A stretch of 63,750 bases of DNA, the filler included, from Nemertoderma westbladi (Eukaryota; Animalia; Xenacoelomorpha): the NCBI GenBank assembly GCA_032718475.1. It is 3 parts of 3 records of this genome, joined end to end, with 100 filler letters (N's around TTAATTAATTAA, not from the genome) between each part and the next. Parts side by side here need not be neighbours in the genome. Positions count along the whole stretch, not along the records: positions 1 to 21,957 come from JAUCBJ010001744.1; positions 22,058 to 38,602 come from JAUCBJ010007061.1; 1 more part is not named here. One strand, given 5' to 3'. The translations under genes were made by a program, and so were the position numbers. The notes beneath the pieces are model-generated. The model saw nothing but the letters and a program-made list of their open reading frames with translations, was not told the origin of the DNA and made no database searches. This document shows, one piece after another, positions 12,363-24,625 of this stretch (the stretch's first letter is position 1; every line of letters begins with the position of its first letter).

Positions 12363-13501
12363 TGTTCGCGCTTTTAGACCTTTAGCAGTTTAACCTGCCA
12401 ATTTTAGTTGCCCTCTTGTTTATAAATCGACTTTAGCCTTTTACTAATTACCTAGTGTACTGAAGTTACATCAGCCGAAGCCAGTCCGTGTGCGGCGTAT
12501 GACCCACGGTGTGGGAGACTGGATTCGGATTCATTGGGAGTTATTGCAGTGTAGACCTACTGTATTATTCGATTGATCGCTACTATATAATCTCTGACAA
12601 CTATATTCACTTTCGGGGAAATATTAACAGTACCTTTAGGACGTGGTGCTTTAAGTATAAAAACAGAGTTATGACTTATACTATTCATAACTAGATGGCC
12701 ACAGAGTTTCGTAAATAGCGCATTCTTTAGGAGATGCTTTATTAACCTTCACACGACTTCACACTACTTCACACTACTTTACACTAGTTCGCACTAATAT
12801 GCCCACCGTCACTGAATTTGATCATATATAAGGAGGATAGCAACTGACACACGTAGGGATTATGAAATAGCATTTAATTCACACAAAACCACTATAATTT
12901 AAGTCGCAGTTGCTACCGGTAAACTCTATTCCTCTTACCTCAGTAATCAAGAAGATTGAGGGGTTTATGATTATTTATTGGTATTCTCCAAATATAACAT
13001 CAGTATCCATTAATATAACAACAATTAATACTATAAAACAGAAGTAAATAATGCGGTGATTCAGTAATATGCAGTCAGTTAATGACAAGTGTAAAATGAG
13101 TTGAATTGTTTTGTTAGGTGAGGAAGTTAGGTGAGTTAAGGATAATAGATTTACGTTCTTATAACCAAGGCCATCTGATGTTCCTAGGCCAAAGTCTGAA
13201 ACTTCCGCACAGAAGCACAGAAAATTCTGAGTTGGTTCTGATGCTCAGAAAATAGTAAACAAAGACCGTAATGCATTGCGCGAGTTTCCATAGGTTTCTG
13301 TTAGACATAAAGTGAAAATTGCTCTGATTGGCTGAATAAGACAGAACAAAGAACTTCCACGTCCACAAAGAATCAGCTGACAGATTTCGTCATCTTGGTT
13401 CTAATTCCTTCCCGTCGCGTAGTTGGATAAAATTAGGGCTATTTTAGAGTATTCTGCGCATTGCGTAAAAATGACTTGTTATGTCCACAAAAGCTTTTAC
13501 A
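12363..13501 (-). repeat. 5' LTR of the BEL/Pao element (1139 bp)
   Basis: TG...CA direct repeat of 4133-5281, followed by TSD GCGGG. Confidence 0.95.
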
Positions 13502-14451
13502 GCGGGGTATTAATTCGCCAAGATGGGATTTGAGTCCAGTTCCCCCCCACCCCCTGTCTCGACTTACGATGGTAGATTTCGGCCAAATTAATTATATTAA
13601 GAAATCAAGTTTTCAGATGATTTGGACAATTAATTAGGCCTACAGCAGCCCTCCCTCCCAGCCAAAAAAATCGATGAAAAAAGGATAGGATGCAGTTCTA
13701 AAAAAGGACAAAAAAAGGATCGGATACGGTTCAAAAAAGGGAAAAACTTAATTGATGTTATCTTTAAAAAAAAAGATAGTAAACATTATATTTCATTAAT
13801 CTTATAATAGGCCTATTAAGAAACGTCACTGTATGTTACTTATTTTCACCTTTTTTGCCTAGTTATCAGAGATGGTTGAGTTCGGCTGATTGATGGTCAT
13901 TGATAGAGGTTTATCAAACGCTTGTAAATATAACTTTAGTTTGAAAGTGATATAAAAACTTTGGTACGGATTTCCAGTCGTGGCTACATTTATATAAATA
14001 ACAAAAATGCTTTTAGACGGAATCAAATTTCAACCATCTCCAGGGGAAAACGGATGCAAATAACAGCCGATTGCGAGCAAAAATTAAACTATAACCCTTG
14101 TTATAAGCTTTTCTTTATTTTTTTGGTTAGAATATACTGCCACTGCAACCTGTTCCTTTCCCTAAATTGAAAATCAACAATGTTAATTCACCAAAGAGTG
14201 TTTTGTGTCAATTATTATATATCCCCCCCCCCCCCCCCCCCTCAGAAAATAAATTTATTAAAGTTCCCTCCACTGCCACATTTTTATTGTAGCTTAGCTT
14301 ATGATATTTATCAAAATAAACATAGGCCTACTCAAAATAAAAATCGGCATTATTATGCCCGTCAATCTCTGTTATAACCTTGTCAATATCATCAGCAAGC
14401 GGAAGTTCATCTTCTGAACCAAAAAAGAGGAAAAAGTGTGTGAAAATGGAG

Positions 14452-15568
14452 AAAAAAAAAGGAAAAAAGGAAACGTTCTAAAATAAAGGAAAAAAAGGAA
14501 ACGTTCTAAAAAAAGGGAAAAAAGGAAACGTTCTAAAATAAAGGAAAAAAAGGAAACGTTCTAAAATAAAGGAAAAAAAGGAAACGTTCTAAAAAAAGGA
14601 AAAAAAGGAAACGTTCTAAAATAAAGGAAAAAAAGGAAACGTTCTAAAATAAAGGAAAAAACGGAAACGTTCTAAAAAAAGGAAAAAATGGAAACGTTCT
14701 AAAATAAAGGAAAAAAAGGAAACGTTCTAAAAAAAGGAAGAAAAGGAAACGTTCTAAAAAAAAGGAAAAAACGGAAACGTTCTAAAAAAAAAAGGAAAAA
14801 AAGGAAACGTTCTAAAATAAAGGAAAAAAAGGAAACGTTCTAAAATAAAGGAAAAAAAGGAAACGTTCTAAAAAAAGGAAAAAATGGAAACGTTCTAAAA
14901 TAAAGGAAAAAAAGGAAACGTTCTAAAATAAAGGAAAAAAAGGAAACGTTCTAAAATAAAGGAAAAAAAGAAAACGTTCTAAAAAAAGGAAAAAATGGAA
15001 ACGTTCTAAAATAAAGGAAAAAAAGGAAAAAAAGGAAAAAAAGGAAAAAAGGAAACGTTCTAAAAAAAAGGAAGAAAAGGAAACGTTCTAAAATAAAGGA
15101 AAAAAAGGAAACGTTCTAAAAAAAGGAAAAAATGGAAACGTTCTAAAATAAAGGAAAAAAAGGAAAAAAAGGAAAAAAGGAAACGTTCTAAAAAAAGGAA
15201 GAAAAGGAAACGTTCTAAAAAAAAGGAAGAAAAGGAAACGTTCTAAAAAAAGGAAGAAAAGGAAACGTTCTAAAAAAAAGGAAAAAACGGAAACGTTCTA
15301 AAAAAAAAGGAAAAAAAGGAAACGTTCTAAAAAAAGGAAGAAAAGGAAACGTTCTAAAAAAAAAGAAAAAAAGGAAACGTTCTAAAATAAAGGAAAAAAA
15401 GGAAACGTTCTAAAATAAAGGAAAAAAAGGAAACGTTCTAAAAAAAGGAAAAAATGGAAACGTTCTAAAATAAAGGAAAAAAAGGAAAAAAAGGAAAAAA
15501 GGAAACGTTCTAAAAAAAAAGGAAAAAAAGGAAACGTTCTATCTAAAATAAAGGGAAAAAAAGGAAAC
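14452..15568. repeat. A-rich tandem repeat, ~29-bp unit (aaaaaaggaaacgttctaaaataaagga)
   Basis: Constant ggaaacgttcta core with variable A-runs over ~1.1 kb. Confidence 0.95.
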
Positions 15569-16075
15569 TCTGGGTAGGCCTGCACAGCACATTAGGAAAA
15601 CACGTTTTTGCGCGATTCCGCCCATCCCTGATCACAGAATTTACACCACTTACTAAATACTTATGTGGAACTTCTTAGAAAAAAAACCACCTAAGAACGT
15701 GTCAATTACTTTTGTGTTTTTTGTAATAATAATTGCTTACGAAGTACTTTACTAAGGAATTAAATATATTTCCTTGATTACCCTCAATGACTGCAACATA
15801 TACAAACACGTTTCCATCAATACCCATCAGTCTCATTGTTACTGTCTCCTCTTTCTGCATCACTACTTGATGCATGTTCGATAAATCGTTTAGTGTGTCG
15901 GGACTACACCATGTCCTGGAATATAGTGTCGTTATATTCAGGTACCTGGACCCCCCCCCCCCCCCCCCCCCCCCCCCAATTTTTCTACAAATCGTAATTA
16001 GATTGCGTGAAATTTGAAACATTGATAGTTTTACCTCCCGACCACTACTGAATTAAACATCCTTATAGAGATTAA

Positions 16076-17628
16076 CCCTATTAGTACCGGGCTATAAAAT
16101 GTTGTACAAATACCGGGAGGGGGTCATATTGACCCCCCCCCCTCTAAAATCTACAAATATTTACGAAAACGTCTGATTTTTTGTTTGTACGTAGGTATCA
16201 CTTGTCTGGATCCGACCGAAAAAAAAATTTTCGAAAAAATGTACTGGGGTGGTTATATTGCAGCACCAAAATTACAAGTAGTGCACAATTTTCACAAAAT
16301 TTGAAAGTTACATTTTCGGCTAATTATTTTTCAATACACGTTTTTTGGGGTGCAAAATACATTGGAAAATATTTAAAAATGATATGATTACTATAAATGG
16401 CTGTTTAGTCCTCTCTGCGTAGGAAAAAAATGAAAAAAACAAGTAACCAGCACTTTTCAGTTAGAACACAAAATTTTTAATTCACTTATACGATGCTATA
16501 AATTCACATTTTCAGGTTTTCGAGGGCGCTGATTCTAATGGAATATATTTCTAATATGCCAGATCATTGCTACTTGTATTTTTCGGCGTAATTTAGCAAA
16601 TTTTGGTGCTAGCACCAAATTTCGTACCCATCACCAAAAAGTACAAGTTTGCGATGTCCAGTGCTGTTTTTATTGATTCCATCGGATTCAGGACCCTCAT
16701 AAACCCGTATAACGCAAGAAACAAGGTGATACTATCTACTTATCAATTTGCATATTTTCCAAAATTTGGTTCTGGCACAACAATTTTCACCCACCGGCGA
16801 AAAATACAAGTTTGAGAACTCTTATGAAATTTTTACTGATTCCATTGAATTCAGAACCATCACAAACCCGTATAACGCAAGAAACAAGGTGACACAATCA
16901 ATTGATATATTTGATGGTTTTCAAAATTTTGTGCTAGCACCACATTTTGCACCCACATCCGAAAAATACAAGTTTGAGATGTCAAATTCGATAATTATAT
17001 TTTCCATTGAATTCAGAACAGCCATAAACCTCTAAAACGCAAGAAATAAATTGTCACAAGCAATTTTATATATTGAATGGATTTTCAAAATTTCGTGCTA
17101 GCACCAAAATTAGCACACAGCACCGAAAAATACAAGTTTGATACGCTTGGTTCAACTCGTATATATTTCATCGAATCTAGAACCTCAAAAAACCCCAATT
17201 GCGTAAAAAACAAGTTTCAAACAATCAATTTACAAAATTGACTTATTTCAAAATTTGGTGCTGGCACCAAAATTTGGCACCCATCGAAAAAAACAAGTTT
17301 AAAATTTCTAAATCAATTTATATGAATTCCATCCAATTTCTAAGACCAAAAAACCGGTGTAAATCAAAAATAGAGATGTTACAATTCATATTTAATGAAA
17401 TGTAATTTTCAAAAAACGTCTCAAAAAAAGTGCCAAAAGTAGGGTTTAAAAATGGTGCTATAACTCGAAAAGTACCGAATATTTTTGAAAACGGTTTTCA
17501 CTACCATGAAGACAATAGATATTTAGGAAAAGTCATAAAATTTCAGATTCCCAACTGCGTATGTTTCAGAATTATAATAAAAAAACCACGGGGGGGGGTC
17601 ATATTGACCCTCCCCGGGTTTAATAGGG
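16076..17628. mobile_element. Non-autonomous piggyBac-like element
   Basis: TTAA|CCCTATTA...TAATAGGG|TTAA ends; subterminal palindrome ggggtcatattgaccc at both ends; degenerate ~180-bp internal tandem units at ~16600-17400. Confidence 0.8.
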
Positions 17629-17804
17629 TTAATAGAGATTTATTGGTACTAGTAGAAAGCTGTCCGTATAAGGATTCCAAATATGAAAATATTTGAATTT
17701 GGTTGAAAAATAGCTGAATTATGGGCATTCAAATGTTGCATGTAATTGCTTCCGCTGCAGTCCATTTATAATTATTGCCTTATACATAATACCAGTAAAC
17801 GTAC

Positions 17805-18238
17805 TTGGGACTTCGCGCAGCACGTTAGTATGAGCTTTTTGCGTAGAGGTACAATTAGTGGACCTAATCATTCGCCCCCTAGCGGCAGACAGAGGAATTG
17901 TAAAAGTCTGTCTGTGTGCAGAATTTCTGATGAAGCAATGCTTGTAGCTTACTACTACCAAATTTCAAATGAATCTGATGGTTAGTTCTATAATTAGGCC
18001 TACATCTACTTTTAAGTTTCTGTCAATCCGTCCTCTAGCGGCAGACAAAGGAACTACATAAGTCTGTCTCTCTGTAGAATTTCTAAACTTTTGATAGAAT
18101 ACATGTCTACCAAGTTTGGTTCCATTTCATCAAAGATTGACCGACTCATTAAACATTTCTGACAACAACGACGCCAGTCGGGTCCACTAATCATACCCCT
18201 ACGCTAAGGCTCACCTGAACTTACGTGGCTCGCCCCAC
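17805..18238. mobile_element. Short interspersed MITE-like element; second copy at ~42590-42837
   Basis: Shared ends (tgagctttt..cgtag..ggtacaattagtggacc; ccctacgctaa.gctcacctg.acttacgtggctcgcccca) in both copies; the ends are imperfect inverted repeats. Confidence 0.7.
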
Positions 18239-18581
18239 ATGTCTATTCATACAAATTGTTCTTGAACATGGTGTATTAATTAAATATAATAAATGGCCTG
18301 CAGCGGTAGCAAATCCGAATTCGAATGCCCGTTACAGTAGTTCCCAACCAAATTCATATATTTTTACATATTTGAAATCCTTGCACGGCCAGCTTTCCAC
18401 TAGTATCAATACATCTCTATAAGGATGTTTAATAACTGCAGTGCGACGGACGCAATATCAATGGAGACACTTTTTTAATCGTTTGTAGCTAAAGAACGAA
18501 AGCGAAAATAAAAATTCTTGCTTACCGAGCAAGGAGGAGGAGGGAGGTAAAACTACAGTATCTCTGTATAAAATAGTTATA

Positions 18582-19549
18582 TTGAAAAATATCGAGACAT
18601 GAAAAATATCGAGAGTAAAAATAACGCAAGTAAAAATATCGAGTGTTGAAAAATATCGAGTGTTGAAAAATATCGAGTGTTGAAAAATATCGAGAGTAAA
18701 AATATCGAGTGTTGAAAAATATCGAGTGTTGAAAAATATCGAGAGTAAAAATATCGAGTGTTGAAAAATATCGAGAGTAAAAATATCGAGTGTTGAAAAA
18801 TATCGAGTGTTGAAAAATATCGAGTGTTGAAAAATATCGAGAGTAAAAATATCGAGTGTTGAAAAATATCGAGTGTTGAAAAATATCGAGAGTAAAAATA
18901 TCGAGTATTGAAAAATATCGAGTGTTGAAAAATATCGAGAATAAAAATATCGATAGTAACAATATTTTTAAATAAGGCTTGTATGTATGATATTTTTTTT
19001 CCTAAAAATGTTCTAGAACAAAAAAATGTGTTCTAGAACAAAAATATTTATCAACATTGGTAGCTTACACGTGTTCTATAACATTTATAAAAAGAAGTAG
19101 AAAATACTAGCTATTTAAAAAAATTAAAAATGTGATCTAGAACTAAAAAATGTGTTCTAGAACAAAAATATTTATCAAAATTGATAGCTAGCACTTCTTC
19201 TATAATATTTATTTAAAAAATAGCAAAAACTAGCTAGTATAATAAATCTGGTAAATGGGTATACCCAATGTGTATTAATTCCATTTACTTGCACTTGCAC
19301 TGTTGTAACCCATGTCACTGCAATATTATCCCATAATTCTAAATAAAATGCTCACGCAAAATGCAATATTTTACCTCGATATTTTTACCTCGATATTTTT
19401 CAACACTCGATATTTTTACTATCGATATTTTTCAACACTCTAAATTTTTACTCTCGATAATTTTACTCTCGATATTTTTACTCTCAATATTTTTTACTCT
19501 CGATATTTTCCAACACTCGATATTTTTACTCTCGATATTTCGATATTTT
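18582..19549. repeat. Two oppositely oriented arrays of 15/17-bp units (gaaaaatatcgagtgtt / gagagtaaaaatatc)
   Basis: Array at ~18582-18960 and its reverse complement at ~19365-19549, separated by an AT-rich spacer. Confidence 0.9.
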
Positions 19550-19804
19550 CGGGGGGGTCTCTGAACTAAGACACTATATTCCAGGACATTGTGTATAATA
19601 TTCATCTAACTTCCTCAGGGGATCATTGGCCACCGATTTCGTTGATATACTAACATGGGCGGATCCAGAGGGAAGGGGTATACTCCCCCTTTAGAGAAAC
19701 TGCCACTAAACTGATTAACTGATATGCAAAATATTGATTTTATAAATTTTACTCTTATCACCCATCAAAACACAAACAAATAATAAGAAAAAGCAGATAA
19801 TAAC

Positions 19805-19838
<34 letters not shown>

Positions 19839-20241
19839 CACCCCCGTCCAACCAACCTCCTAAGTTCACGAGATGCAATAAAACTCATGAAATTTACTAA
19901 TAAAAGAAAAAACATATGGAGGTGTAGCAGTTATTACTTTCCTTAGTTTTATTACAATCGACTGAATGGAATATGAAAACTACAGTAAGCTAAATAAACT
20001 CATACCCAACGCACCACACAGACGCACTGTTTTCTGTTCACTAACAATAATAAAAATTTACGATTATTAAGGTCACAGATGTTGGTATTGAATACCAGCG
20101 TTATATTTTATATTTTATAATGTACTCGCTGCACAATGAAATTTCATTCATCTAGTGTAATACAATATTATATTTACCGATACGCAACTCTTAGCTATCC
20201 GCTAAGGAAGATCTTATCTTTAGTTTAAACATATTGAAGTT

Positions 20242-20735
20242 GATAATAGTTCACCACTATCACTGTCACTGGTTCCTGATAATAGTTCACCAGTATCACC
20301 GTCACTGGTTCCTGATAATAGTTCACCAGTATCACTGACACTGGTTCCTCATAATAGTTCACCAGTAGGCTATCACTGTCACTGGTTCTGTGATGATAAT
20401 AGTTCACCAGTATCACTGTCACTGGTTCCTGATAATAGTTCACCACTATCACTGTCACTGGTTCCTGATAATAGTTCACCACTATCACTGTCACTGGTTC
20501 CTGATAATAGTTCACCACTATCACTGTCACTGGTTCCTGATAATAGTTCACCAGTATCACTGTCACTGGTTCCTGATAATAGTTCACCACTATCACTGTC
20601 ACTGGTTCCTGATAATAGTTCACCACTATCACTGTCACTGGTTCCTGATAATAGTTCACCACTATCACTGTCACTGGTTCCTGATAATAGTTCACCAGTA
20701 TCACTGTCACTGGTTCCTGATAATAGTTCACCAGT
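20242..20735. repeat. 36-bp minisatellite (gataatagttcaccactatcactgtcactggttcct), ~13 copies
   Basis: Head-to-tail copies with no unique spacers. Confidence 0.95.
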
Positions 20736-21957
20736 CGTGCGAACGACCTAACTAACGCAATATTGTACAATACTCTAAATAGTAGGACCTATCTCACCTC
20801 CCCCCGAAACCTGAGATTTCGACTACAGCTGTTCGATACAATAGTGAGATATAATCAATCAAATATAATCAAATATAATCAGCTTATCAAACAGCGCTGA
20901 CCGTAGATAATACAGCTATTTACTGAATAGGTTAAAGTAAAATTAATATGTTAAAGATATTATAATTTGCTTCACCAAACCACTGGCTGTCTGGTACGCT
21001 AACACTACAGTATAACTATGAAATGATCCATCCGATCTGACTTCCCTTCAGCCTTCCACTTGCTTCGAAAAGTTTCTGTAACGGTATTCGGTCCGGACCG
21101 ACCGAATTCGGGGCGAACATAAATATAAGCCCGAGTTATTGTGTGGTACAGTAGCTCGGATCAGTAGGCAGGTAGGCCTACCGCTTAAATGTGTCAATGT
21201 CAACATAGCCGGGCACCAAGTGATGGCGGAGTAAGTTACTTCATAAAACCGACACACTGGCAGCTTGGCGTCGATGTCATAATAGTCCACTATTGTCAGA
21301 CTACTCAAATCGTTCCATGCATTCTCCATTCGTCGGTTAGTCCAGTCTGCCCATCACCAATAAACCAACTGTCAGACAGTCTAGATTTCCTCAAGCGTTA
21401 AAGATCTGATCGGAGATCAGAAATAAAATCACCGCCCACGAAAACCTCTAGAATGAAAATTTTAGTTAGGTGTTGTCATTCTTACATTTTTGACAGACTG
21501 TCATGGACAGACAGACCGACAGAAATACAGGCATTTCCTTTTTTTTCCCTTACAGGCATGGCTTTTCCTTTGACCTTAACCTAAAATTTGATCGTAATTC
21601 ATCAAAAAAATTTCGAAAACAAATTGTTTGCATTGTTGTTTGGGTGCCCTACACCCTTAATGAACCCTTGATATGTACTCAACCTTGATCTTGCCGAAAA
21701 ATATATACATCTCAGTATCTGTAGTAGGTCTCCGTTTCCTTGTAATAAATAGTTATTACTCGTTTTTAAGTGTAAATTCTTGTACGTATTAGGGCGTATG
21801 GGGATGCGATATATTTATATCAGTTTTAGATATTAGTTTTGTTTGTTGATAGAGACATTGATAAAGTCCACTGTAACTGTTATTGAGTGTTACAGCACCT
21901 ACCTGATCGCTCTCAAGCTCTAGTCTCCTTTATCTTTACTCACCATCATAGTATTTA

Positions 21958-22057
21958 NNNNNNNNNNNNNNNNNNNNNNNNNNNNNNNNNNNNNNNNNNN
22001 NTTAATTAATTAANNNNNNNNNNNNNNNNNNNNNNNNNNNNNNNNNNNNNNNNNNNN
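21958..22057. other. Artificial scaffold gap (N44-TTAATTAATTAA-N44)
   Basis: Exactly 100 bp, with a central linker that has stops in all six frames; identical layout at 38603-38702. Confidence 0.97.
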
Positions 22058-22656
22058 ATTTGGGTGATGTATCCGTATTATCCAAAGAGCAATATTTCCA
22101 TCAACAAATAGGTACAATTAATAACTGACGGTAAAATAACAGTACAAACAATATGATTAATGCAATTAAATTAAGTGAGTATGTTAATTAGTGAGATTAG
22201 GTAACAGTTTATACTTTCGATAATTTAAGCAGTTTTACTAGAGTTCTTCCCAAAAAGCCGGTGTTATGGCGAAAATGGGAACACAACAACAGAATCATAT
22301 AAAATCATATGACTACTACCACTATACGAGTATACCAAAAACTCTTATTCCACGAAGCCCCGTTCAACACAGAGGATGAGCAATGAGATAGGAAATTCAG
22401 TTCAGTAGCGCTGGGATAGGTCGAAATCAACGCCTACGCAAATTCTATTGGCCGACACGGACAGCAGGGTATATGCTACCTCCCTAAACTAGTTGGCCGA
22501 TTAAACTGAGCCCAGATATCTCCGTACAGCACATCAGCCAATAAGCTGGTAGCTTGCACTATTTTAGTTATAAATCCCTTTGAGAGTATTTCAGCGACCG
22601 GGGGGGAACTGGCCAGCAAAGGCAAACGTATCAGTTATCCCACAAAAGCTTTTACA
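22058..22656 (-). mobile_element. Partial LTR related to the BEL element LTR, cut by the gap
   Basis: Ends gttatcccacaaaagcttttaca versus gttatgtccacaaaagcttttaca at 13501; interior only loosely similar. Confidence 0.55.
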
Positions 22657-22847
22657 GCTACTAACATAATTTAATTATATTATATGAACTCCGATGCCGA
22701 TATTGCCTTCAACTGGGACTCTGTTGAATTCCCTCTAGTACTTGACAGCCTAGAATGTAACTTACTGTGATGGTTTTATTAAAATCAAAACTCTTCAAGC
22801 AGACGAAGCATCTCATACAAACGGATAGATAATGTTACATACAGTAT

Positions 22848-23349
22848 TAGGGATGTTGCGAATGTCATATTTTTGACATCCGCACGGATGCAGATGCGGA
22901 TGTCTATTAAAACACTCATATTTTTGCTTGGCCTCCCTTCTACATAAAGATTACACCAACATTTTAATGTTCAAATCTTATATTAATATTCATTCCCAAT
23001 AATTTAAAAATAATATAACAAACTAAATTATTGCTACCAGTACTTATCCTTAATGCAGCAGGACCTAGTGCATTTACTTCTGGACAAGTTGTTACTTAGG
23101 AAGAAATAATTTTGATTATTTTATGTTTTGATAATTTAAGATAAAAGCAAAAAAGTGTAAGATAAAAAAGTAATTATTACTGAAATTTATTTAATTGAGT
23201 GGTTATTGTTGGATATGCGCAGAAGGATTCTTATAGGATAGTCCATGTCACATCCGCATGTCACATCCGTATACCAGGGGTGAGGGTGCGGATGCCAAAA
23301 ATCATGCGGGTGTCCGCGGATGCGGATGCGGACATTTGCCGCATCACAG
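22848..23349. mobile_element. hAT-like MITE
   Basis: Left end TAGGGATGttgcgaatgtc, imperfect inverted right end gacatttgccgcatcacag; subterminal gcggatgc repeats at both ends. No clean 8-bp TSD. Confidence 0.5.
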
Positions 23350-23809
23350 TACCGGTACCATGAATCCTGAGTTGCTTTGTTCCTTTTGAGAACAATGTAC
23401 ACCCATGGAATACTAAATATACACGGAACCAGATAGATGTCCGATTTCACGAGTCATTCTTTTTATTGCTTTAATCTATTGTACTCGATTCATGAATAAA
23501 AATTTTGAAAGAAAAATTGGTGGTCATCGATCTCGTTGCCATGGCAACAGAGATTAAATTGTTGCGTGCATCACTATCTAAATCGCTATATCGTCAACAC
23601 TACTTGGCTAAGTAATTCCATAGTAACTGTGATATAACGCATTACTGTAGTTCTAGAAGGCCTTGGTTGTACAATACAATCTCACAAGGTTAAACGACAC
23701 AACAGTGCGAAATCAGATTAGAACATACAGTACTGTATACCACACCTCTATAGCTAAGATTAAAACACACCTTGTCCTACCTACAGTACAGTATATAAAT
23801 TAATAACGA

Positions 23810-24190
23810 ATGCCTCGTTTTTGTTGTGTACCTAATTGTGGGGTGAGGGCCGGGCCTAGTGCTACGGTATACTGTATACCCAAGGACACATCAACTAGGG
23901 ACAAGTGGCTTAAAGCAGTGAGAAAGCCAGGGGTGTTTTCCTGCGACAGTTTTGGTGTCTGTTGCAGACATTTTTCACAAAGCGACTTCATTGCTAAGCC
24001 ATTTAAAAGAAAAGAGCTGAGAGATTCCGCTGTGCCATCATTATATCTACCAGGATCAGAGAAGAGTGAAACAACACTTTCTAAACGTGTTAACTTCTAT
24101 GGTAGACGCAAAAAACCAACAAACCGGATAACACTGACAAAGGACTTCGATAGGGACCAAGAGTCAAAATTTAGAGACTTGGATCAACTG
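23810..24190 (+). CDS. THAP zinc-finger exon 1 (P-element/THAP-transposase-like or THAP protein)
   Basis: MPRFCCVPNC...IP...RDKWLKAV...VCCRHF...F...LRDSAVPSL gives the C2CH signature, conserved P/W/F and AVP box. Candidate phase-0 donor GTGGGT at 24191. Confidence 0.85.
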
Positions 24191-24625
24191 GTGGGTGTGA
24201 CAGTTACTTACAAAAAGTATTTCAGTACCTATTTTAAGTAAGCTAAGTACGCTAAGGCGAGCCTTAGTGTACTGGTATCATTAGGCAACGGTGTCTGTCT
24301 GGTTAATTTTTGAGAGCCTTCTGCTCGGCTGTTATTGATGCTTATTCAATTCAATTCAATTCAATGTAATCGTTTGTAAGTTGTACCATCTGTCTCGGAT
24401 CAATGCACCAGTCTGCCACTAGGGGGCGCTAACGATCTGAATGTTTTTCTAAATATGGAATTTTAAAAAATTTGGCATGCGTAGTATACTGCTTACTAGT
24501 AATCGTTCGTATTCTCCACGGTCTATCTGCGGGGTGAGCCTGTCTGTCTGTCTACGCGTTTGAAACCTTGATAGAGTATATATAGAGTATATATAGAATA
24601 TAGACCAATATTTCTCATTTTGCAG

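Larger units (their letters stand above)
4133..13501 (-). mobile_element. BEL/Pao LTR retrotransposon, internally deleted (no PR/RT/RNase H), with extra 3' ORF(s)
   Basis: Two TG...CA direct repeats (4133-5281, 12363-13501); 5-bp TSD GCGGG at 4128-4132 and 13502-13506; purine tract (minus GGGAGCGG) abutting the left LTR; BEL-type integrase inside. Confidence 0.95.
16043..18443. mobile_element. Long-TIR non-autonomous element, CAC...GTG ends, 4-bp TSD (Chapaev/CMC-like)
   Basis: Left arm 16043-16071 plus 17633-~17790 is the inverted copy of ~18270-18443; CGAC flanks both ends (16039-16042, 18444-18447). Confidence 0.65.
15907..19593. mobile_element. Non-autonomous Tc1/mariner-like DNA transposon hosting nested insertions
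   Basis: TIRs caccatgtcctggaatatagtgtc (15907) and gacactatattccaggacattgtg (ends 19593); TA on both sides. A related TIR sequence recurs near 26597. Confidence 0.75.

Noticed and set aside
13643-15582. hAT element enclosing the A-rich satellite
   Set aside because: The right end (tgggtaggcctg) looks hAT-like, but the left match is poor and no 8-bp TSD was found.
20242-20735. 36-bp repeats as a CRISPR array or a repeat protein (VNYYQEPVTVIV)
   Set aside because: Units are head-to-tail without spacers, there are no cas genes, and the context is eukaryotic; the ORFs arise because the unit is a multiple of 3.
21958-22057. TTAATTAATTAA as a biological motif
   Set aside because: Centred in a fixed-length N run and repeated identically at 38647-38658; an assembly linker.
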